Notes under the pieces: generated by a model
Told to the model about the DNA's origin: nothing
The model's database searches: none
What the model saw: only the letters and a program-made list of their open reading frames with translations
Shown: positions 14,401-23,952 of the stretch, one piece after another
Layout: every line of letters starts with the position of its first letter
How positions within the stretch are numbered: position 1 is the first letter of the stretch
Translations under genes and position numbers: made by a program
Assembly (NCBI GenBank): GCA_950097015.1
Contig: CATNEN010000039.1
Coordinates: 5,456,001 to 5,520,000, forward strand
Source: Macrostomum hystrix
Taxonomy: Eukaryota > Animalia > Platyhelminthes
DNA: 64,000 bases
Direction: 5' to 3'

Positions 14401-14798
14401 CTTCTCTCCGCGGCTGCGCCCCAAATGAATGTGGGCAGGCCGCGGAATCGAGCTCAGGGTGCTTTTTCCTGTCTGTCTGTCCGCCTTCCAGTCAGTTACT
14501 CAGCTGATTGAACTGCCAATAGCTTAGTTCAGTCTCTCGAAACTCTCCATCTCTGACAGGCTGGCGCGCTCTCAACCCGCCGCTGACGATCGTGGCCAAG
14601 AAGGTTGGCGCTGAGAGTGGCTCTGAGCAGCAGCAGCAGTCGTCTTCTTCTTCCGGCAGCAGTGCGGATGACTACCTGCCATCGGCTTCAACCTGTGTGA
14701 ACTACCTGAAGCTGCCCGACTATTCCTCGGTTGAAGTGATGCGGCGCAAACTGCTTCAGGCCATGCGGGAGGGTCAACTGGCCTTCCACCTCAGCTGA
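5500..14798 (+). CDS. TRIP12: E3 ubiquitin-protein ligase TRIP12/Ufd4 (ARM repeats, WWE domain, HECT domain), about 2207 aa, 9 coding exons
   Basis: Exons 5500-5583, 5679-5887, 6849-7124, 7535-8411, 8784-9734, 9807-12329, 12410-13291, 13458-14040, 14560-14798. All introns are GT-AG, phases are compatible, total 6624 nt. Family motifs: [37 protein letters not shown] ([13 protein letters not shown]...YLIDL...[14 protein letters not shown]), [45 protein letters not shown], catalytic-Cys region [15 protein letters not shown]-terminus AFHLS*. The first three low-complexity exons are less certain. Confidence 0.95.
5924..6424. repeat. 36-bp minisatellite (about 14 copies) in TRIP12 intron 2
   Basis: Unit TTTGTGAGGGATAGCTGGTCCTCCGTGATTGTTCAG. 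Confidence 0.95.
7170..7350 (+). mobile_element. Diverged, internally deleted copy of structured SINE-like family A in TRIP12 intron 3
   Basis: CTTGAGGACCAACATCCAAGGCACCGTGAAAGTGTAGACTGCCTGACGATGAG matches the reverse complement of 14323-14375. It is preceded by a B-box-like GAGTTCGAATCC and ends ...AATGCCCGCAGC...(TTA)n. Confidence 0.7.
8452..8568 (-). mobile_element. 3' fragment of SINE-like family A in TRIP12 intron 4
   Basis: CATCATTTGGTGACACTAGATCCTCAGCCAACGAGGCGGCAATGCTGCCCATTCCGCTGACTCC aligns with 14175-14238. The (ATT)n tail is at about 8452-8463 on the minus strand. Confidence 0.75.
8570..8770. repeat. 24-bp minisatellite (about 8 copies) in TRIP12 intron 4, the reverse complement of the 16500-17780 array unit
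   Basis: Unit CACTTTGACACCCCTGCCAGCAGT. Confidence 0.93.
14049..14132. repeat. (TCTG)n microsatellite in TRIP12 intron 8
   Basis: Direct reading. Confidence 0.95.
14133..14471 (-). mobile_element. Longest copy of structured SINE-like family A, in TRIP12 intron 8
   Basis: Shares segments with 7170-7350, 8452-8568 and 63250-63347. Contains several internal inverted repeats and is flanked on both sides by TCTG repeats. Confidence 0.75.
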
Positions 14799-15134
14799 GG
14801 CCTCAGAGCTGGTTTAGCGGCCGCTGCAGTTTTTTTCGCAAACAGTTCAAAAACACTCGCGCTACAACTCTTTCAGCTGTCCTCGTGTTGATCTGTTTTT
14901 GTTGCGTTTGTATTTTTGTCTTTTTATTTCTTCTTTTCTCCTAGAAATACAGTTCATTCTATTCAATTGTCTCGAGATTCGATTTCAGATAAACTTGTTA
15001 TTGCTTTCTGTTGAAGGAAATCTTTTGTCTAGCTGCCGATGTCAAAGGTCTTTCTTACTATCTTATAGTCTTTGTTCCATCTTAAATCGCTACTTTACTC
15101 TCTCAGTCGCTGTTCATTTTCCTATCTATCTCTG

Positions 15135-15390
15135 TTCTACCTTCTCAGTCTTTTTTCATCTCTAATCTCTGGCCCACCTTCTCAGTTTTTGTTCCACCTC
15201 TAATCTCTGGCCCACCTTCTCAGCCTTAGTTACACCTCTAATCTCTGGCCCACCTTCTCAGTCTTTGTTCCACCTCTAATCTCTGGCCCACCTTCTCAGT
15301 CTTTGTTCCACCTCTAATCTCTGGCCCACCTTCTCAGTCTTTGTTCCACCTCTAATCTCTGGCCCACCTTCTCAGTCTTTGTTCCATTTC
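15135..15390. repeat. About 38-39-bp minisatellite (about 6 copies) in or near the TRIP12 3' UTR
   Basis: Unit CTCTAATCTCTGGCCCACCTTCTCAGTCTTTGTTCCAC. Confidence 0.9.
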
Positions 15391-16499
15391 TTATGTTCTT
15401 ATAAGTCTTATTTTCAAGGTCTTTGTTTTCAGTGGTTGCAATTTTATTTAGCAAATTTCTGTTCCGAAGAACACTTAGCGCGGAAGAATTTCCTCTTCGT
15501 GAAGCTAATTACTGTCAGAAATTGCCGACACTGGGCCCTTAGGACACCCAAATAGCACTTTTATCTGAGTTCCATCCATATCGCTTCAATTCTGCGCTGT
15601 CGAGACAGCACATGCTACTGTTAGTACTAGTTCTCATTATATATTCTACTAATCGTTAATCATAGTTGAATCATATGATTATATTCTAATCTTTTTGAGT
15701 CGCTTGATTTCCCCTGGAGTTCATTTTGTAATTCTCCCTTGTCAGTTTTTGTGTGCTGTTCGCACTGAGGTCTGCCGCTCGATTTGTTTTCATTTTGCAA
15801 TTTTTTTCTCTGGTGGCAGTCAATGTAGCACTAATATTTTTACCCGCCTGTTTAACATTATTATAAATACATATTATACAATTATTACTAGTAGTAGTAT
15901 ATAAGTGCTGTCAATCATACTACTTGCCCTTATATAAGTAGTCTGTGCACTTGAATTTTTGTCATAAGTTGAACTTCATCATCGGTTCAAGAAAATATGT
16001 TTTGGGCAATTTCTCTCAGTAAGAGAGTAGTAGTATATGCGAGCGGCAATTAAGTAGGCTATGAGCATTTTGACGCTCGAATTCGTTTTATTAAAAAAAT
16101 TGACACAAGAATATGCCTGATAGGTTAAACTGCTTCGCATTAGATTTTTTTGTTGACAAGAAACTAAAGCAGCGTTGTCTAGTAGAACACTCGGATTTTT
16201 TTTGGCCTATCAACTCTTTGTGTACATAAAAACACAATAACTATTATATATAATATCAGTTTATAGCATGTTGTTAAAGTTATTCGCTGCACATGCGTGC
16301 CTGAGTGAGTGAGTTTTGTGCGTTTGCTGTCAAACTTTTGCTGTTCCCTCTATTTAGTTCCCTCTACAATTATTACTACTGTTATTATTACTACTACAAT
16401 TATATTGCTGTTTCAAAAAGGTTTAGCGAAACAACTATTAAATAGATAACTGATCTACTCGTCCAGACTTTCTGTGTTCTCTCGCTTTGTGCTGTCATT

Positions 16500-17780
16500 G
16501 GGTGGTGTCAAACTTACAGGTGGGCAAGCTGTCAAAGTGACAGGTGGGCAAGCTGTCAAAGTGACAGGTGGGCAAGCTGTCAAAGTGACAGGTGGGCAAG
16601 CTCTCAAAGTGACAGGTGGGCGGGGATGTCAATTTGACATTTGCAGGGGCGCCAAAGTGACTGCTGGCAGGGGTGTCAAAGTGACTGCTGGCAGTGGTGT
16701 CAAAGTGACTGCTGGCAGGGGTGTCAAAGTGACTGCTGGCAGGGGTGTCAAAGTGACTGCTGGCAGTGGTGTCAAAGTGACTGCTGGCAGGGGTGTCAAA
16801 GTGACTGCTGGCAGGGGTGTCAAAGTGACTGCTGGCAGTGGTGTCAAAGTGACTGCTGGCAGGGGTGTCAAAGTGACTGCTGGCAGGGGTGTCAAAGTGA
16901 CTGCTGGCAGGGGTGTCAAAGTGACTGCTGGCAGGGGTGTCAAAGTGACTGCTGGCAGGGGTGTCAAAGTGACTGCTGGCAGGGGTGTCAAAGTGACAGC
17001 TGGCAGGGGTGTCAAAGTGACTGCTGGCAGTGGTGTCAAAGTGACTGCTGGCAGGGGTGTCAAAGTGACTGTTGGCAGGGGTCTCAAAGTGACTGCTGGC
17101 AGGGGTGTCAAAGTGACTGTTGGCAGGGGTCTCAAAGTGACTGCTGGCAGGGGTGTCAAAGTGACTGCTGGCAGGGGTGTCAAAGTGACTGCTGGCAGTG
17201 GTGTCAAAGTGACTGCTGGCAGGGGTGTCAAAGTGACTGTTGGCAGGGGTCTCAAAGAGACTGCTGGCAGGGGTGCCAAAGAGACTGCTGGCAGGGGTGC
17301 CAAAGTGACTGCTGGCAGGGGTGTCAAAGTGACAGCTGGCAGGGGTGCCAAAGAGACTGCTGGCAGGGGTGCCAAAGTGACTGCTGGCAGGGGTGTCAAA
17401 GTGACTGCTGGCAGGGGTGCCAAAGAGACTGCTGGCAGGGGTGCCAAAGTGACTGCTGGCAGGGGTGTCAAAGTGACTGCTGGCAGGGGTGCCAAAGAGA
17501 CTGCTGGCAGGGGTGTCAAAGTGACTGCTGGCAGGGGTGCCAAAGAGACTGCTGGCAGGGGTGCCAAAGAGACTGCTGGCAGGGGTGCCAAAGTGACTGC
17601 TGGCAGGGGTGCCAAAGTGACTGCTGGCAGGGGTGCCAAAGTGACTGCTGGCAGGGGTGCCAAAGTGACTGCTGGCAGGGGTGCCAAAGTGACTGCTGGC
17701 AGGGGGGCTAAAGTGACTGCTGGCAGGGGTGCCAAAGTGACTGCTGGCAGGGGGGCTAAAGTGACAGTTGGCAGGGGGAA
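16500..17780. repeat. 24-bp minisatellite, about 53 copies, with a variant sub-array at 16500-16625
   Basis: Main unit GTGTCAAAGTGACTGCTGGCAGGG. Left sub-array unit GTCAAAGTGACAGGTGGGCAAGCT. Confidence 0.97.
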
Positions 17781-18093
17781 GCAGGGGCTTGAGCAAAGCA
17801 ATTTTGAGCATAGCATGTGTCAAAATGCTCAGCAAAATGCTGCTATTTCACATTTACTAATCGCAGAATTCTCGTTGATTGTCTTTCAAATGCGCATTGC
17901 CGATTCGGTTTCGGATTTCATTTTCTGAATCAGTCATCGAATTCAGGGTGAAATTGAAAGACTGACCTGGTCTGGGCCAGGGGTCACAGCAAATACCGAA
18001 TTCGCTCCCGAGAAAACTGCAATAAGAAATGGAAGTACTGAATAGCACATTGAAAGCGAATGGATAAGTTATGATTAGATAACCGACAAAAGC

Positions 18094-18693
18094 ACAGAAT
18101 ATACTTGTAAAGCTCAGCTACTGATCACACAGAATGACGTGTACAGCTCAGCTACTGGTCACACAGAATGACTTGTACAGCTCAGCTACTGGTCACAGAG
18201 AATGACTTGTACAGCTCAGCTACTGGTCACACAGAATGACTTGTACATCTCAGCTACTGGTCACACAGAATGGCTTGTACAGCTCAGCTACTGATCACAC
18301 AGAATGACTTGTACAGCTCAGCTACTGATCACACAGAATGACTTGTACAGCTCAGCTACTGGTCACACAGAATGGCTTGTACAGCTCAGCTACTGATCAC
18401 AGTAACAGAATGACTTGTACAGCTCAGCTACTGGTCACACAGAATGGCTTGTACAGCTCAGCTACTGGTCACACAGAATGACTTGTACAGCTCAGCTACT
18501 GATCACACAGAATGACTTGTACAGCTCAGCTACTGATCACACAGAATGACTTGTACAGCTCAGCTACTGATCACACAGAATGACTTGTACAGCTCAGCTA
18601 CTGATCACAAAGAATGACTTGTACAGCTCAGCTACTGATCACAAAGAATGACTTGTACAGCTCAGCTACTGATCACACAGAATGACGTGTACA
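18094..18693. repeat. 34-bp minisatellite, array 1
   Basis: Unit CACAGAATGACTTGTACAGCTCAGCTACTGATCA. Confidence 0.95.
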
Positions 18694-19094
18694 TCACATC
18701 ATCATACAATACATAAATGTGATGAATTTAATATATTAGGAACATAAACATTTTCTGAAAATCATAAGCATAAATGACGTAAAAATGATTGGATCGAAAA
18801 GAAAATTTGGATTAAATTCGATCAGATTCTTGACTTGGTTGGAAACCGTTTTCTCTGCAGACTGGCGTCCAATTAATAGAAAGCGTAGGCGGGCGCTGAG
18901 TCGGGGTCTGTGATTTCTAATTAGTGAAATTTATCTGCATGAATAGGCTATGAAAATGGAGATGCGTCGCGTGAGTCAGGTCATGACATTCTTTTTCCAA
19001 AGGCTGCTCTGAAATTTCGAACAAGTACTCGATGTCTTCTCTAGAAATATACAGCGCCTAAAAGTAATTATTAACTAGCACATGAGTATAACGA

Positions 19095-20270
19095 ACACAA
19101 TGGCCTGTACAGCACTGCTTAAAATCCCACACAATGGCCTGTACAGCACTGCTTAAAATGCCACACAATGGCCTGTACAGCACTGCTTAAAATGCCACAC
19201 AATGGCCTGTACAGCACTGCTTAAAATTCCACACAATGGCCTGTACAGCACTGCTTAAAATCCCACACAATGGCCTGTACAGCACTGCTTAAGATCCCAC
19301 ACAATGGCCTGTACAGCACTGCTTAAAATCCCACACAATGGCCTGTACAGCACTGCTTAAAATCCCACACAATGGCCTGTACAGCACTGCTTAAAATCCC
19401 ACACAATAGCCTGTACAGCACTGCTTAAAATGCCACACAATGGCCTGTACAGCACTGCTTAAAATCCCACACAATGGCCTGTACAGCACTGCTTAAAATG
19501 CCACACAATGGCCTGTACAGCACTGCTTAAAATGCCACACAATGGCCTGTACAGCACTGCTTAAAATCCCACACAATGGCCTGTACAGCACTGCTTAAAA
19601 TCCCACACAATGGCCTGTACAGCACTGCTTAAAATGCCACACAATGGCCTGTACAGCACTGCTTAAAATCCCACACAATGGCCTGTACAGCACTGCTTAA
19701 AATGCCACACAATGGCCTGTACAGCACTGCTTAAGATCCCACACAATGGCTTGTACAGCACTGCTTAAGATCCCACACAATGGCTTGTACAGCACTGCTT
19801 AAGATCCCACACAATGGCCTGTACAGCACTGCTTAAGATCCCACACAATGGCCTGTACAGCACTGCTTAAGATCCCACAAAATGGCCTGTACAGCACTGC
19901 TTAAGATCCCACACAATGGCCTGTACAGCACTGCTTAAGATCCCACACAATGGCCTGTACAGCACTGCTTAAGATCCCACACAATGGCTTGTACAGCACT
20001 GCTTAAGATCCCACACAATGGCCTGTACAGCACTGCTTAAGATCCCACACAATGGCTTGTACAGCACTGCTTAAGATCCCACACAATGGCTTGTACAGCA
20101 CTGCTTAAGATCCCACACAATGGCTTGTACAGCACTGCTTAAGATCCCACACAATGGCTTGTACAGCACTGCTTAAGATCCCACACAATGGCTTGTACAG
20201 CACTGCTTAAGATCACACACAATGGCTTGTACAGCACTGCCTAAAATCCCACACAATGGCCTGTACAGCG
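19095..20270. repeat. 34-bp minisatellite, array 2 (about 34 copies), related to array 1, just 3' of the stop codon of the minus-strand gene
   Basis: Unit CACACAATGGC(C/T)TGTACAGCACTGCTTAA(A/G)ATCC. Confidence 0.96.
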
Positions 20271-20317
20271 CACAGCTATCAATAACTGTCAGAGTTGGCA
20301 CATCATTTATGGCGGAG

Positions 20318-22652
20318 TCAAAGAAGCCGACACCGCGTCGTGTCAGCCGTGTCATCGTAGTGCGGATCAACGAACTGCTCGGATTCCGATTGGCTTCGAT
20401 GGCTCTCAACCGACTCCTCGGCCGACAATTCGGCTGCCGCAGTGTCGGGCAGGTCGCCGCCAAAGAGTCCGCGAGTTGTACCAGTTGACGGTAGCTGCAA
20501 GCAGCCGAAGACGCCGCCGCAGCTTCTTGGAAAATGGTAGGCGCAGTCCAGGCTGAGGTTCAGCTTGCAGAAGCCGCCGCGACCGCCGCCACCGTCTTTG
20601 TCGTCACCAAGGAGCACGTCATCGACGAAGCTGTCCATGGCTTCCAGTAGGGTCAGCAGCTCCTCCTGGCTTGGCGTGACGCCGCCGTCTACCGGCTGAC
20701 TGCAGAATCCGAGCAGCTGCGGTTGACGCGGATGACGCAACAGGAAGTAGCCGCGGTAGGTCGGACTGGCGGCTGCCAGCTGCTGCAGCAGGCGCTCCCG
20801 CCGCTGCTGCCTTCGCATTTTCTGCTGCTCGACTTGCTGCCTGTCGGCTGCAGATCGAGCCGCAGGTCGACTGAAAGTCGGGTTTGGTTTGATTGACAGG
20901 TGCATTGAGTAATTATTGATATGATTGACAGGTGCATTGAGTAATTATTTATATGATTGACAGGTGCATTGAGTAACTATTGATATGATTGACAAGCGCA
21001 TTAAATAAAACTATTTATGTGATTGACAGGTGACTTGACCACCTGCTGATTGCATCACCTACGCAAGGCTAATTTTCTGCTGCTGCCTCAGCTGCTGCTC
21101 GGTTGCCGGCCGAGGCGTCACTGCCAGGATGGGATCCAGGCTGCCTCGGCGCTCCTCCGAGTGCGCCATCAGAACCACGTTTTTCTCGTACAGTTTCGAG
21201 TCGAATTTCGGCTCCTGCGAAAAATTGTGATTTGAGGATAAAAAGACGGTGAAAGCAAAAAAGGAATTCCTTTTGTTTTAGGAAACACATTGATAGAAGA
21301 CATTGATAGAAGCGGCAAGAGAATACGCTAATCCAAAATCTCGAAAGAGATTTAATACGATGTCGATAAGAACGGGTGAGAAGATTGATAAGAAAAATTG
21401 AGATTGATGAGAAAAAAGAAAAGATTGATAGGAATAAAATATGAGATTGATTAGAATAAAGTTGAGATTGATAAGAATGAAGATGAGATTGATAAGAATG
21501 AAGATGAGATTGATAAGAATGAAGATGAGATTGATAAGAATGAAGATGATATTGATAAGAAGCATAGTGAGATCGACGGGCATTAAGATGAGATTGATAA
21601 AACTCGCAAGCGAGAAAAACCAATTAGACAGACAGAACGAGAGCCGACCTTGCAGGGATGTGGCCAATGCTGGCCGATCCACAGCTCGGGCCGGTCGGGC
21701 CAGCAGGGCACGAGGCCGGCCGAGCAGGCGTAGCGGAAGGCCTCCAGGTAGCGCGCGATCTCCGGGACCAGCACCAGGGCGCAGGGCACCAGGCCCTGGG
21801 CCAGGTCGCGCGGATCCACGACCGCGCTGGCAGCCGAGGCGCCGCGCAGCAGCTGCAGGCTGCACCGGCGCAAGCCGAACTGCGCCTGGAGGCCGGCGGC
21901 GCAGCGGACGAGTTCGCGCCGCTCCCAGGCAGCCAGGAGGCGCAGCCCGGTGCCCGGCGGCTCGATCCGACGCCGAGGCACCAGCTGGAACCGGCTGCGG
22001 CAGCGGTCGAAGTCGAATCTGACGCCGAAGGCTTCGCTGCGCCGGCTGCCCTCGAGAATGTCGTAAAATCGGCTGCGTGGCGCCATCGATTGGCGCGTCA
22101 TTGGCGCCTGCGACTGTGACCTCCGCGATGCCGACGTTTCTACGTTCGCCTGGCCCAATCGACGCCTCTCCGACGTCTCAGGAGATGACGATGAAGACGA
22201 GGACGAAGAAGATGAGGAAGAGGAATCGGCTTGAAGGCCCAGCAGGGCGACGTTGCCGAAGCGTCGACCTTGTCGGACGCGTCGATGGCACGCGGCGAAC
22301 GCCACGGGTGGCGCCGCTTTGTCGGCTTCGATGCGGCGCTGCAGCAGAACGGCGGCGTGGTGCAGATCGCGGCAGCGGCCCACCAGCCCGGTTGGCGCTG
22401 TCCGCCCGCCGATGTCGCACTTTTCAGCGACGTCAACCTCTTCGAGGACGCTCGAGGCACCTTTGTCATCGTCGAATACGAAACGGCGAAGCTGGCGCAG
22501 CACTTTGCGGCGCAATCGGTGACGTCCGCGGTTCGTCTCCTCCGCGGTAGGAGTTGTCGATGCCTTGGACAGCGGGTGGAGTTTGAGACTGCATTGTGAG
22601 ACGATTGAAAATGAACAGAAGAGTGGAAAAGAACAAGACTACTCACCTCCAT
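20318..22652 (-). CDS. Uncharacterised protein, about 540 aa, 4 coding exons
   Basis: Exons 22652-22647 (ATG GAG, tentative), 22563-21649, 21214-21063 and 20870-20318. Introns are GT-AG with compatible phases, and the exons are GC-rich like TRIP12. The protein reads MEASTTPTAEETNRGRHRLRRKVLRQLRRFVF...HWPHPCK|EPKFDSKLYEKNVVLM...|...GYFLLRHPRQPQLLGFC...LDCAYHFPRSCGG...RCRLL*. No family recognised, and the 5' end is uncertain. Confidence 0.72.
20890..21032. repeat. 32-bp repeat (about 4 copies) filling most of the last intron of the unknown gene
   Basis: Unit GATTGACAGGTGCATTGAGTAATTATTGATAT. Confidence 0.85.
21440..21600. repeat. 21-bp intronic repeat
   Basis: Unit GATGAGATTGATAAGAATGAA. Confidence 0.85.
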
Positions 22653-23952
22653 TGTTATGCGAAGTTTCTCTCTGGAGCGCCCACTTTGGCTTGACACTGT
22701 GTCTTTTATATTGCCATTTCCTGCTTTGCTTTGTTTGAGCACCAAAATCAACTTTTAGGTTGAGAATGAATTTGAGCTCGAATGTGTGCTCAGTCCTTGC
22801 AGTGTACTCAAGCCGTACTGTGTGCTCAATGTTTCGCCTTCGCCTCATAATTCTCATCATGTTGAATCATGGGAATTTAAACAAGATGGAGGTTGCATGT
22901 AAGGCAATTTAATGTGAAACTATGAGCGCTCATAGAATGTTGAGTTCGGTGCAAGTTGTGTTGTGTACTTTTGGTCTTAGCATGGCAAGGCACTAAACAA
23001 TCGCGAAATAGTCACATCACTAGACCCATTTAAACCTGTCCTCATTCTCCCCTTTGTCTCCCCTCATTCTCCCCTCTGACTATCCACTGTCGACCCCTCA
23101 TTCTCCACGAATCCGCATGATCGTCTTACCATCCCATATACTACTTGTGCCAGCTGCTTCTAAGTAGTATTCTGTCATAAAAATTCTATTGCAAATTTTC
23201 GCAAGTGTTTTGCGAGTAAATATTCCAATATTTGGTATATTTTCATTCAAACATTTCAACGGTAGCTTAAAAGATAACTTGCTCTCATTCAGTTGCTGAT
23301 TGGCTTTGTTTACGTTCTCTAAAGCTACTCGTATTTTGGACAGAGAAAAGCAACACAGCGAGAGCGAGAGCAACAACGCCTTCTGCTAGATACGGAAGTT
23401 TCGCGGGCTCCTTTCCGAGCCAAACAAAAAGCTAAAATTTCGCTCTCCAGTCCGGTTGTTGTGGCCACGGTTTTAGACCGCTGGCCACTGGCTGCAATGC
23501 ACTTTTTACGCCTGTTTTGGCTTCATCCGCTGCTAGGCAACTGGACAAATCTGTATGCTACCTTCACAGTTGCCTAATCATCTCCCTAATCCATGTTGCA
23601 AATTATTCCTAAGACCTGTTGCCCCAATCCCTGTTGGAAAATTATTTCCTAATCCCTGTCGCAAATCAGTATCAATGTCTGTTGCGAAGTATCCTCTCAT
23701 CTTTGTTGTAAAATTATCCCCAAAAATTGATAAATTATCCCTGTTCCCAGCTTTAATCTACCCCCGTTCTCTGTTGCACATTGTCCCAGTTTTTCCAACA
23801 AAATATTATTATCATCTCAGAGCATCATCACCTATACCCTGTTAAAGTTATATAGTCATTTCTTTTGAAAGAAATTCGTATAATTAGTGCAATTTTAAAA
23901 AATTAATATCTTATACAACACAAAGTGATCCTCTGATTCTAAGAATCCGAAA

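Noticed and set aside
16474-17928. Repeat ORFs (VKVTAGRG)n, (CQSDCWQG)n and (TLTPLPAV)n
   Set aside because: 24-bp minisatellite open in several frames on both strands. The same unit occurs in an intron at 8570.
21441-22599. Plus-strand GC-rich ORFs
   Set aside because: Antisense shadows of the minus-strand exon 22563-21649. The splice signals support the minus strand.
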